Below, one piece after another: positions 39,482 through 48,762 of a stretch of 53,711 nt of DNA. The notes beneath the pieces are model-generated. The model was not told the DNA's origin, ran no database searches, and worked only from the letters and a program-made list of their open reading frames with translations. Each line of letters starts with the position of its first letter. Position 1 is the first letter of the stretch. Source of the stretch: an uncultured Gammaproteobacteria bacterium (GTDB taxonomy: Bacteria; Pseudomonadota; Gammaproteobacteria; GCA-002705445; GCA-002716945); assembly GCA_902605525.1 (NCBI GenBank), contig CACLCV010000004.1, positions 1 through 53,711 of the forward strand. The letters run 5' to 3'. The position numbers and the translations under genes are program-made.

Positions 39482-39958
39482 TTATTTAGATTGGTCAATC
39501 ATATAATCTACAGCAAGCTTTACATCATCATCACTTAATGACATGAGGCCGCCTTTTGCAGGCATAACACCTATTCCATTAATTGCGTTGTTATAAAGAG
39601 TATCATTGCCTTTTACAATTCTTTCTGACCACTGGTCAACTTTTCCTGTAATAGGTGCTCCTGCAGCTCCGCTCATGTGACATGACATACAAACAGAATT
39701 ATAAATATCTTTACCTGATTTAGTTGATGAAACTTCAATAACTTCAGTTTTAAATGTAGGGTTACTTGCTAGGTTGATTTTTTCAGAGGATAACAAGCGT
39801 TCTTCAGTAGCTTTTTCTTTCACAGCATCATAATTATCATTTGTTACAGATGATGCAAATACTTTGGAGAGTATAGTAATAATTATTGCTAATAAAATAA
39901 TGAAAAGGGTTATATAGCCGAATAACTTATAGAAATCTTTATCTGATGTGCCGCTCAT
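39482..39958 (-). CDS. Membrane-anchored cytochrome c5
   Basis: N-terminal TM, CMSCH, GAP..G....W..R, MPAKGG. Confidence 0.9.
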   Translation of the reverse strand: MSGTSDKDFYKLFGYITLFIILLAIIITILSKVFASSVTNDNYDAVKEKATEERLLSSEKINLASNPTFKTEVIEVSSTKSGKDIYNSVCMSCHMSGAAGAPITGKVDQWSERIVKGNDTLYNNAINGIGVMPAKGGLMSLSDDDVKLAVDYMIDQSK

Positions 39959-39985
39959 TTTTCTCTCATATTTTATCTTCAGTAG

Positions 39986-40013
39986 ATTATACTTGAAAAG
40001 TAATTTATTTGAA
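39986..40013 (-). promoter_or_regulatory. Sigma70-like promoter of cytochrome c5
   Basis: TTCAAA-16-TATAAT on the minus strand; GAGAG RBS before the ATG. Confidence 0.45.
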
Positions 40014-40022
40014 TAACTATTT

Positions 40023-40096
40023 GCGTCTGTAGCTCAGCTGGATAGAGCGTTAGCTTCCGAAGCTAAAGGTCAGAAGTTCGAATCTTCTCAGGCGCT
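40023..40096 (+). tRNA. tRNA-Arg (CCG), CCA not encoded
   Basis: GCGTCTG-TA-GCTC-AGCTGGATA-GAGC-G-TTAGC-TTCCGAA-GCTAA-AGGTC-AGAAG-TTCGAAT-CTTCT-CAGGCGC-T. Confidence 0.95.
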
Positions 40097-40942
40097 ATGT
40101 ATTCTCTCAGCTGCTAAAATTGTATTCTCTATTAAAGCACAAACAGTCATGGGGCCGACTCCTCCAGGAACAGGAGTTATTGAAGAAGCTTTTTCTTTTG
40201 CTGATTCAAAATCAACATCCCCACAAAGTTTTCCATCAATATTATGTATGCCCACATCAATAACAACGGCACCTTCTGGTATTTGGTCTCCCGAAATAAA
40301 TTTCGGCACACCCACAGCCACAATAATAACATCCGCATCAGAAAGTTTATGATTCAAATCTTTAGTGCGTGAGTGACACATAGTCACTGTTGCATTCTCA
40401 GACTGACACAATATCGATACAGGTTTACCAACAATGTTTGACCGGCCAATAACGGTTACATTCTTACCGTTTAAATCAGTACCAGATATTCTAAGCATCT
40501 GCATAATACCTTTGGGAGTACAAGAAACAAGGGTATCCTCACCTAAAAATAATTTACCAACATTAGTAGGGGTGAAACCATCAACATCTTTCGATGGGTG
40601 AATTCTATTAAGCACTTTTGCTACAGAAATATGATCTGGTAAAGGTAATTGAACAATTACGCCATGGATCAATGCATCATCGTTGATCTTATCAATTTCT
40701 GATAATATATCACTTTCACTTATCTCTGCGTCAAATCGTCTTACCTCAGATTTAATTCCAGCTTTTGCAGCAAATTTTTCTTTTTGTTTTACATAACTAG
40801 CTGATGCTTTCATTTCTCCTACAAGAATAACGACTAGGTTAGGAATGATATTCTTAGCTTTCAAAATCTCAACTTTTTTTGAGAGTTCCTCTTCAAGAAT
40901 GTGCTCTGCGACCTCTCTTCCACTGATAATATTTGCTGTCAT
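40088..40942 (-). CDS. folD: Bifunctional methylenetetrahydrofolate dehydrogenase/cyclohydrolase
   Basis: YVKQK, VQLPLP, KDVDGF, CTPKG, GRSNIVGKP, TPVPGGVGPMT; AGGAG RBS. Confidence 0.96.
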   Translation of the reverse strand: MTANIISGREVAEHILEEELSKKVEILKAKNIIPNLVVILVGEMKASASYVKQKEKFAAKAGIKSEVRRFDAEISESDILSEIDKINDDALIHGVIVQLPLPDHISVAKVLNRIHPSKDVDGFTPTNVGKLFLGEDTLVSCTPKGIMQMLRISGTDLNGKNVTVIGRSNIVGKPVSILCQSENATVTMCHSRTKDLNHKLSDADVIIVAVGVPKFISGDQIPEGAVVIDVGIHNIDGKLCGDVDFESAKEKASSITPVPGGVGPMTVCALIENTILAAERIHSA

Positions 40943-40951
40943 ATTTTTCTC

Positions 40952-41563
40952 CTATAAATCGTTTCTTTCACGTTCAACCAATAAATTTACAACGCCGTAT
41001 AACTCATCATAACTTGAAACATATGAGCCGCTAGTTAAAAACTTTCCATTAATAATAATTGTTGGTACAGAATCAATTTGATATTTTTTAGCTAGGTTAC
41101 TAGCTTTATTTACTCTTGCTTCTGTGCCAAAGCTATTATATTTTTCTATAAATTCTTCAGTATCAATGCCATGTTTGCCAAGAAAATCAGTCATTTGCTG
41201 TTCTGTATTCAATCGATTGTCTTCTAGATGTATTTCCTCAAAAATCAAGTTATGAACTTGATCAACTTTATCCATTTGTTTTAGAGCATAATAAAGTTTA
41301 GCATGGGGAATCCAAGAATCCCTAAGAGCAACAGGTAACTTAACTACTTTGGTATCCTTTTCTAAATCCGCTTCAATCCTATCCATAGTTGGCTCTAAGT
41401 TATAACAGTGAGGACACCCGTACCAAAAAAACTCATAGATGATAATATCTTTTGATTCTTGCTGTTTTTCAGTTGAAATTTGAACATACTTTTGTGCAAA
41501 TACATTCGATGGTGTAATTAAGATTAAAAAAAGTGCTAAGAAGGTAAATTTAATTTTAAGCAT
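40952..41563 (-). CDS. dsbA: Thiol:disulfide interchange protein DsbA
   Basis: Signal peptide, EFFWYGCPHCY, cis-Pro loop SVPTIIINGK. Confidence 0.93.
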   Translation of the reverse strand: MLKIKFTFLALFLILITPSNVFAQKYVQISTEKQQESKDIIIYEFFWYGCPHCYNLEPTMDRIEADLEKDTKVVKLPVALRDSWIPHAKLYYALKQMDKVDQVHNLIFEEIHLEDNRLNTEQQMTDFLGKHGIDTEEFIEKYNSFGTEARVNKASNLAKKYQIDSVPTIIINGKFLTSGSYVSSYDELYGVVNLLVERERNDL

Positions 41564-42177
41564 TAGTATAAACCTTCAATATAACTTGCCACAGCCTTCA
41601 TTTCTTCGTCGGTCATTCTATGAACTATATTTCTCATCATTTTATTATAATCATTTGATCGAGTAGATGTTTGGAAATTTTTTAACTGTTGATATGTGTA
41701 TTGTGAGTGTTGACCAGATAACATTGGAATCGCTGCTGCATAATTACCTTGTCCATTAGGCCCATGGCAACTTATGCATGCTTGCATCTTAATATCCATA
41801 TTCCCACCTCGGTAGATATTTCTCCCAAGCTTGAGGTAGTCATCTTTCACAACGCCAACAGTTGGCTTTAATGAAGCATAATAATCAGATAAGTTATTTA
41901 TATCTGAATCCGACAACGTCATTGCTATGCCATACATAACAGCATTATTCCTATTACCATCTGGACCTTTTTTAAATTCATGTAGTTGAGCTGCAAGATA
42001 TTTTGGATTCTGGCCTGCTAGTTTAGGCCATACTGGATTCAATGAAATGCCGTTATCACCATGACATGCAACGCATGATGCAGAGAGCTCTTTGCCTTTT
42101 GCAACATCAGAATAAGCAGGGTTTATAAGGGCTATAAAAAAGAAACTAACTATTAGTAATTGACGTTGAAATTTCAT
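41563..42177 (-). CDS. Diheme cytochrome c4
   Basis: Signal peptide, CVACH and CISCH, PKLAGQ, LSGQH; start placed at MKFQ (42177) because the upstream ATG overlaps the -10 box. Confidence 0.92.
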   Translation of the reverse strand: MKFQRQLLIVSFFFIALINPAYSDVAKGKELSASCVACHGDNGISLNPVWPKLAGQNPKYLAAQLHEFKKGPDGNRNNAVMYGIAMTLSDSDINNLSDYYASLKPTVGVVKDDYLKLGRNIYRGGNMDIKMQACISCHGPNGQGNYAAAIPMLSGQHSQYTYQQLKNFQTSTRSNDYNKMMRNIVHRMTDEEMKAVASYIEGLY

Positions 42178-42184
42178 TGGGGAC

Positions 42185-42212
42185 ATTATAACGAAATATG
42201 AATTTAGTTCAA
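42185..42212 (-). promoter_or_regulatory. Sigma70-like promoter of cytochrome c4-dsbA (leaderless geometry)
   Basis: TTGAAC-16-TATAAT, ending 7 nt before ATG 42177. Confidence 0.6.
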
Positions 42213-42223
42213 TCTATCTACAA

Positions 42224-44908
42224 TTATCCCTCACTCCAATTGTAACCATTAAAAGTGTTTACTATTAGAGGGACATTTAGCCTCTCAGCATGAATCATTA
42301 AATCACATATTTTTGGACCTATACTTTTTAGATCAGATTCTTTAATTTCAAAAACAAGCTCGTCATGTACTTGCATTATCATATAAACATCAGATATTTT
42401 TTCTTTATCTAGCCAGTTTTTTATTTTAATCATTGCAAGTTTTAGAATATCTGCAGCAGTGCCTTGTATAGGTGCATTAATAGCTGTTCTCTCGGCGCCA
42501 CTTCTTACTTGAAAATTAGAGTGGTTGATATTGGGAAGGTATACTTTTCTGCCATACATGGTTTCAATGAATTCTTGTTCTTTTGCTTTTTCTTTCAATT
42601 CATCCATGTATTGTCTCACCCTTTTATATTTTGCAAAGTATGTATCGATAATACTTTTAGCCTCTATGTTATCAATTTTAAGTTGACGTGCTAGACCATA
42701 AGCCGATATTCCATATATGAGACCAAAATTAATTGCTTTTGCTGCTCTTCTCTCATCTGAGCTGGGTTCGCCTTTTGTATTAAAAACTTTTCTAGCAGTT
42801 GATGAATGTATATCTTCCCCATCTACAAAGCTTTTTATCATTTCTGAATCGTCGGATAAGTGAGCCATGATTCTTAACTCAATTTGTGAATAATCAGCTG
42901 AGAATAACTTGAAACCTTGTCGTGGAATAAATGCTGATCTAATTTTTTTTCCGTCTGTAGTTCTGATTGGTATATTTTGTAAATTTGGTGAAGATGATGA
43001 CAGTCTTCCTGTAATTGTGATTGTTTGATTATATGAAGTATGGAGTCTCTTAGAAACAGAGCTGACTTGTACACCTAACTTGTCAGTATAAGTATTTTTA
43101 AGTTTCAAAAGGTTTCTAAATGATAAGATTAAGCTTGGTAGCTCATGGTCCTCTGCAAGCTGGGTCATAACGTCTTCATTAGTTGAAGGCTGGCCTTTTG
43201 GCGTTTTCTTGAGTACTGGAAGTTTAAGTTCATCATAGAAAATCTCTTGAATTTGTTTTGGAGAACTTATATTGAACTCTCTTCCTGAAATACTGTATAT
43301 TTGCTTCTCAATTTTTTCAATTCTCTTTTTAAGATTATTTGATTGCTTATCAAGTTCTTTGTTGTCTATTGATACACCAAGATATTCCATCTCAGCAATT
43401 ATCAACATTAGCTTAATTTCTATATTTGTGTATACATCATGTAATCGTTTGTCTTTTAATAGCTTAGATTTTAATTTCCCATAAACTAATAATGTCAGAT
43501 CAGAGTCCTCGCACGCATATGTAACTGCTTTTTGTATATCTACATCTGCAAATGTAATTTGGTCTTTGCCTTTACCAACGACATCTTCATAAGATATTGC
43601 CTCATGATCAAGGAACTTTGATGCCAATGTACCTAAATCATGTTTGCCACCTGAATTCAATACATATGACATTAGCATGGTGTCTTCGATAGATGTTTTG
43701 AAATTTATAGAATATTTTTTAATGACATTCATATCGTATTTAAAGTTCTGGCCTACAACTGTCAACTCTTTATGTTCAAACAACTCTTTTAACATGCTAA
43801 TCGCTTTATCAAATGGTATATTTTTATCTGCGTCGCTATTATGGCCTAGGGGGCAATAAAAACCATGATTATCCTTGTAAGAAATACTAAAGCCAACAAG
43901 TTCAGCTTCATTAAAATCAAGAGATGTTGTTTCAGTATCGAATGAGAATATTTTCATCCTGATGCATTTATCTATTACTTGTTTAAGCATGTTAATTGAT
44001 GTAACTAATTCATAATTTTTTTTCGTTTTTTTCTTAACAGTTTTTATTTGAAGTTGATTAGATAAAGACTTAAGTTCATATTTATTTATTATTGCCTCAA
44101 GAGAGTCCATATCAGGAGGCTTAATTAGAAACTCATTCACATCAATATTTATTGGTAAATCATCTTTTAATGCAACAAGTTTTTTTGCAAGCTCAACTGT
44201 TTCTAGAGAAGTCTCTAAATTTTCTTTTAATTTTCCTTTTAGTTCATGAGTATTTTTAAAAATACCATCAAGATTTTTATACTTTGTTAATAGTGATACA
44301 GCGGTTTTAGGCCCAACTTTTGGAACCCCTGGTATATTATCCGATGTATCGCCAACAAGGCACAAATAGTCAAATATTTGTTTTGGCTCAACACCAAACT
44401 TAGCAACAACACCCTCTATATCTAGTACTTTCGAATCAAAGTTATTCATTAGTACAACGCTTTTAGTCACAAGCTGTGCCAAGTCTTTATCACCGGAAGA
44501 TATAATTGTTTGAGTTTTATCTAATTTAATTTGATTAACAGCTGATGCTATAACATCATCTGCTTCAACACCATCTTCCTGAATAACTTTTAAACCATAT
44601 GCTTTAACAAGATCAATTATAGGTTTTGTTTGCTCAGATAGCTCAGACGGCATAGCATTCCTGTTGGCCTTATATGAGTCATAAATTGAGTGCCTAAAGT
44701 TTTTACCTTTTGCATCAAAGACCATTAGCAAGTACTTCGGATCATATTCACCAATGATACGATTCAGCATATTAGCAAAACCATGAATAGCCCCAGAATG
44801 AAGGCCCGTAGATGTTTTTAGATTAGGTAAGGCAAAAAATGCTCTATATAAATATGAAGAACCATCAATGATAATAAAATTATCTTTATTTTTTGCTTGG
44901 AAAACCAT
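42224..44908 (-). CDS. polA: DNA polymerase I (5'-3' exo, 3'-5' exo and polymerase domains)
   Basis: IDGSSYLYRAF, EADD, DNIPGV; proofreading FDTET/NFKYD/YACED; SADYSQIELR, AKAINFGLIYG, QVHDELVFE. Confidence 0.98.
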   Translation of the reverse strand: MVFQAKNKDNFIIIDGSSYLYRAFFALPNLKTSTGLHSGAIHGFANMLNRIIGEYDPKYLLMVFDAKGKNFRHSIYDSYKANRNAMPSELSEQTKPIIDLVKAYGLKVIQEDGVEADDVIASAVNQIKLDKTQTIISSGDKDLAQLVTKSVVLMNNFDSKVLDIEGVVAKFGVEPKQIFDYLCLVGDTSDNIPGVPKVGPKTAVSLLTKYKNLDGIFKNTHELKGKLKENLETSLETVELAKKLVALKDDLPINIDVNEFLIKPPDMDSLEAIINKYELKSLSNQLQIKTVKKKTKKNYELVTSINMLKQVIDKCIRMKIFSFDTETTSLDFNEAELVGFSISYKDNHGFYCPLGHNSDADKNIPFDKAISMLKELFEHKELTVVGQNFKYDMNVIKKYSINFKTSIEDTMLMSYVLNSGGKHDLGTLASKFLDHEAISYEDVVGKGKDQITFADVDIQKAVTYACEDSDLTLLVYGKLKSKLLKDKRLHDVYTNIEIKLMLIIAEMEYLGVSIDNKELDKQSNNLKKRIEKIEKQIYSISGREFNISSPKQIQEIFYDELKLPVLKKTPKGQPSTNEDVMTQLAEDHELPSLILSFRNLLKLKNTYTDKLGVQVSSVSKRLHTSYNQTITITGRLSSSSPNLQNIPIRTTDGKKIRSAFIPRQGFKLFSADYSQIELRIMAHLSDDSEMIKSFVDGEDIHSSTARKVFNTKGEPSSDERRAAKAINFGLIYGISAYGLARQLKIDNIEAKSIIDTYFAKYKRVRQYMDELKEKAKEQEFIETMYGRKVYLPNINHSNFQVRSGAERTAINAPIQGTAADILKLAMIKIKNWLDKEKISDVYMIMQVHDELVFEIKESDLKSIGPKICDLMIHAERLNVPLIVNTFNGYNWSEG

Positions 44909-44956
44909 TTGAATTTAGATATCGTTTGTTCATTAAAAGTTATATATCATAATTAC

Positions 44957-45883
44957 ATGTCTGTATACACAAATCTAAGCACTAAAGAAGTATCCCTATT
45001 ATTATCTAAATATAGCATTGGCACATTGAAGTCTTTTCAAGGAATATCCGATGGGATAACTAATACTAACTATTTCTTAAATACATCTAAAGGCAAGTAC
45101 ATAATCACAATTTTTGAGGATATTACAGAAAGTAAAGTGAAAAAATATCTAAAATTAATGAATTTCTTCTCAAACAACAACATGTGCTGTCCTGAAATAA
45201 TGCTGACAAAATCAGGAGATATTTCGTCAAAAGTTAAATCAAAACCATGTTCAATAATGGAAAAGTTGTCAGGGAAAACTATAAATATAACAAATGTCTC
45301 CTTGTGTAAATCAATTGGATCCATAATAGGTAACTTTCATAATACTGGAAGCAAATATAACTACAAGATATCAAACACTAGAGATATAAAATGGGTGAAA
45401 AAGAATATTGCAAAAATTAAAAATCATATTAGTAAAGAACAATTAGATATATTGAGCTACTCTAGCAAGGTATTTAGAAAAATATTTGAAATGAAACTAC
45501 CAAATGGAATGATTCACTCAGATTTATTTAGAGATAATGTTTTAGCCCGAGGCAATAAAGTCACTGGTATAATTGACTACTATTACTCGTTCAACGGGCC
45601 TTTGATATATGAATTAGCAGTAATAATTAATGATTGGTGCGTTAATAAAGATGGGTCTATTAATTTAATGAAATATAATAGCTTTTTAAACAGTTATAAT
45701 TTAGAAAGAAAATTAATAGCTATTGAGAAAAAACAAATGAATAATGCAATGATAGCTGCGGGTCTAAGATTTTATTTATCTAGATTAGTAGATATGATTT
45801 TTCCAAAAGTTGGAGAAATAACACATGTAAAAGATCCCTCCGCATTCGAAACAATCATTAAGAAAAGAATTAATTCAGCATGA
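44957..45883 (+). CDS. thrB: Homoserine kinase, type II (APH-like)
   Basis: MSVYT, GITNTNY, IHSDLFRDNV, GIIDYY, RFYLSRL, KDP. Start moved to ATG 44957 (the longer ORF overlaps polA). Confidence 0.92.
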   Translation: MSVYTNLSTKEVSLLLSKYSIGTLKSFQGISDGITNTNYFLNTSKGKYIITIFEDITESKVKKYLKLMNFFSNNNMCCPEIMLTKSGDISSKVKSKPCSIMEKLSGKTINITNVSLCKSIGSIIGNFHNTGSKYNYKISNTRDIKWVKKNIAKIKNHISKEQLDILSYSSKVFRKIFEMKLPNGMIHSDLFRDNVLARGNKVTGIIDYYYSFNGPLIYELAVIINDWCVNKDGSINLMKYNSFLNSYNLERKLIAIEKKQMNNAMIAAGLRFYLSRLVDMIFPKVGEITHVKDPSAFETIIKKRINSA

Positions 45884-46347
45884 ACTTCTCTAATAGAGTC
45901 TCAAGGTTAACAGAATATGTAACTATTCAATTCTTTTATATCATGTTTATAACGGTGATTATAAATATTGTTCTTCGATACTTATTCAATATAAATTATA
46001 TATTTCTTCAAGAATTAGTTATGTATATGCATGCGTTTATCTTTTTGTTTGGGATATCTTTATGCCTCAAAGAGGATACTCATGTTCGTATAGACATATT
46101 TTCAAGTAAGCTTGATACAGGTTATCGTAATTTGATTGATCAGATAGGTTTAATAATTTTTATAATACCTTTTTGTTTATTTGTCGTATATGAGAGCACG
46201 TCTATGATAACACGATCGTGGGCTATGCTGGAGGGTTCGAGTGAACCAGGTGGCTTACCTATTGTTTTCATTTTAAAATCATCAATTTATTTATTTTCTT
46301 TTTTAATATTTATACAAGCTGTAAATAAAGTTTTCAATAAGAGATAA
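45880..46347 (+). CDS. TRAP transporter small permease (DctQ family)
   Basis: Four TM segments, NIVLRY, QELVMY, HVRIDIF, SSEPGGLP. Confidence 0.9.
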   Translation: MNFSNRVSRLTEYVTIQFFYIMFITVIINIVLRYLFNINYIFLQELVMYMHAFIFLFGISLCLKEDTHVRIDIFSSKLDTGYRNLIDQIGLIIFIIPFCLFVVYESTSMITRSWAMLEGSSEPGGLPIVFILKSSIYLFSFLIFIQAVNKVFNKR

Positions 46348-46349
46348 GA

Positions 46350-47687
46350 ATGGATATAGTAATAATTTTTTTAATTGTTACGTTCTTATTTCTTTTAAGT
46401 GGTTTTCCGGTAGCGTTCATCTTATCTGGGATATCCTTATTATTTGCATTTATAGGTATTTTATTTGGTTTCTTTGATTATTCATATTTAATGGCATTTC
46501 CAGCTAGATTATTTGGCGTTATGGGAAATCAAAATCTTCTTGCTGTCCCACTATTTATTTTTATGGGTTTGATTTTGGAAAAAACAAAAATTGCTGAAAG
46601 CTTAATTCAAGACATGAATATCTTATTTAATAATTCAAATAGTGGATTAGCGATTTCAGTAGTTGTTGTTGGAGCACTTATGGCAGCTAGTACAGGAATT
46701 GTAGGTGCGAGTGTAGTGACACTTGGTTTACTGACTTATCCGGTACTTATTAAAAATGGATACTCACCAAGTGTTGCTTCAGGGACAATTTGTGCATCAG
46801 GAACTTTGGGGCAGATTATTCCACCTTCTCTAGTATTAATATTGCTTGCAGATGTATTGTCATCCTCATATCAACAAGCTCAATTAAATATGGGTATATT
46901 TAATCCAGAGAGCATAACTATTGCAGATTTATTTTTAGGAGCAATTTTACCAGGTTTAATGCTACCTATTTTTTATATCATTTATTTAAAATCATTAAAA
47001 ATTAAAACTGTGAATAAAGAATTATCGAATAAAAAATCAAACATATTGTCAGTCATATATCCATTAGGTTTAATGTTTATAGTGCTTGGATCTATAATCT
47101 TTGGAATTGCTACTCCATCAGAAGCTGCTGGTATTGGAGCACTTGGAGCAATAATTTTAGCTTATTCTAAAAATAATCTATCAAAATTAATTTTAGATAA
47201 GTGTGTGTTTGAATCAATTAAATTAACAAGTATGGTGTTTATGATTTTAATAGGAGCTATATTATTTTCTCTAGTATTTAGAGGCCTTGAAGGTGAAGAA
47301 TTCATTCATAAGTTTTTAGTAGAAATGCCTGATAATAAATTCATAACACTATTTATTGTTCTATCAATAATGTTCTTTTTAGGATTCATTCTAGATTTTA
47401 TAGAAATAACTTTTATTGTAATTCCCTTAATAGGACCTGCTCTTTTTACTCTTGGTTTTGATCCTTTATGGATTGGTATATTGATAGCACTTGTTCTTCA
47501 AACATCATTTATTACACCTCCTTTTGGTTTTTCACTATTTTACCTAAGAGGTGTTCTACCAAGGAATATAAAAACTACAGAAATATATAAAGGTATTATT
47601 CCATTTTTATTGATACAGATACTTCTAGTAATAGTGGTGTTTATTTTTCCTGATCTGGCTACAGCTTTACCAGAAATACTACTCTAA
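46350..47687 (+). CDS. TRAP transporter large permease (DctM family)
   Basis: GFPVAF, LLAVPLFIFMG, GTLGQIIPPS, ATPSE, FITPPFG. Confidence 0.95.
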   Translation: MDIVIIFLIVTFLFLLSGFPVAFILSGISLLFAFIGILFGFFDYSYLMAFPARLFGVMGNQNLLAVPLFIFMGLILEKTKIAESLIQDMNILFNNSNSGLAISVVVVGALMAASTGIVGASVVTLGLLTYPVLIKNGYSPSVASGTICASGTLGQIIPPSLVLILLADVLSSSYQQAQLNMGIFNPESITIADLFLGAILPGLMLPIFYIIYLKSLKIKTVNKELSNKKSNILSVIYPLGLMFIVLGSIIFGIATPSEAAGIGALGAIILAYSKNNLSKLILDKCVFESIKLTSMVFMILIGAILFSLVFRGLEGEEFIHKFLVEMPDNKFITLFIVLSIMFFLGFILDFIEITFIVIPLIGPALFTLGFDPLWIGILIALVLQTSFITPPFGFSLFYLRGVLPRNIKTTEIYKGIIPFLLIQILLVIVVFIFPDLATALPEILL

Positions 47688-48761
47688 TGAACTTAGATAA
47701 CCATCTTCAGATATAAGGGTCCATGGTCTTACCCGTTTCAGAAAGTTTGTATATGAATCATAAACTTTGTTTGATAGTTGATTTTTCTGACTCAACTCAA
47801 TTAAAACCTCATTACTAATTTTATTTAATTTAGCGAGGACTTCTTTAGGAAATTTTTTTATTTTTATTTGCTCTTGTTTGAAGTATTCAAGAGCTTGATA
47901 ATTTTTAGACATATAATCTGAAATCATGTCGATATTAGCAGCTTTACATGCAATATCTATGATTGATTTGTGTTCATCTGAAAGTTTATTATAAGCTTGT
48001 CGATTAATAATACATTCAAGGGTAGGGCCAGGTTCATGCCAACCGGGGTAATAGTAATACTCTGCCGCTTTATGTAAACCAAATGCTCTATCATTATAGG
48101 GACCAACCCATTCTGTAGCATCAATTACACCTGTTTGAAGGGATGTGAATATTTCAGAACCCGCAAGTGTAAATGGAGTTCCGCCCGCTCTTGCAAGTAC
48201 TTCACCTCCTAAACCAGGAATACGCATTTTTAAACCATTGAGGTCTTTTGTAGAATTAATTTCTTTATTAAACCAACCTCCCATTTGTACGCCTGTATTT
48301 CCTGCAGGCCTTGGTATTAAGTCAAAATCTTCGTACACTTTTTCCCATAATTTTAGTCCATCCCCATAATACAACCATGAATTCATCTCTTGTGCGGTCA
48401 TTCCAAATGGTACAGATGAAAAAAACTGTGCTGCTTCAGTTTTACCTTTCCAATAATAGGCTCCTGAATGTCCCATTTCCGCTCCACCTGATGAGACAAA
48501 ATCAAATACACCTAAAGGTGGGACTAGCTCTCCGGCTCCAAATACTTTTACGGTTAAGCTACCACCAGATAATTTGTTAATATATTTTGCAAGTGTTTCC
48601 GCTCCTGCACCAAGTCCAGGGAAATTTTTAGGCCATGAAGTGACCATCTTCCATTTTATTTTGTCACTTGCATTAGATTTTTTTGAATGTAACCCGGCTA
48701 CAACTGCACCTGCTGCAGCCAAACCCAAAGATTTAAAGAATTTCCTTCTATTATTTTTCAT
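47679..48761 (-). CDS. TRAP substrate-binding protein, TakP/alpha-keto acid type, Tat-exported
   Basis: Twin-Arg RRKFFK; WKMVTSWP, YYWKGK, QMGGWF, MRIPGLGG, EWVGP, YYPGWHEP. Confidence 0.9.
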   Translation of the reverse strand: MKNNRRKFFKSLGLAAAGAVVAGLHSKKSNASDKIKWKMVTSWPKNFPGLGAGAETLAKYINKLSGGSLTVKVFGAGELVPPLGVFDFVSSGGAEMGHSGAYYWKGKTEAAQFFSSVPFGMTAQEMNSWLYYGDGLKLWEKVYEDFDLIPRPAGNTGVQMGGWFNKEINSTKDLNGLKMRIPGLGGEVLARAGGTPFTLAGSEIFTSLQTGVIDATEWVGPYNDRAFGLHKAAEYYYYPGWHEPGPTLECIINRQAYNKLSDEHKSIIDIACKAANIDMISDYMSKNYQALEYFKQEQIKIKKFPKEVLAKLNKISNEVLIELSQKNQLSNKVYDSYTNFLKRVRPWTLISEDGYLSSLE

Positions 48762-48762
48762 A

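Noticed and set aside
44897-44956. Longer thrB start at 44897; also ubiK GTG 39220, glnK TTG 38242, priA TTG 30901 and c4 ATG 42186
   Set aside because: They overlap neighbouring genes or promoter elements; the downstream ATGs fit family N-termini and RBS or -10 positions.
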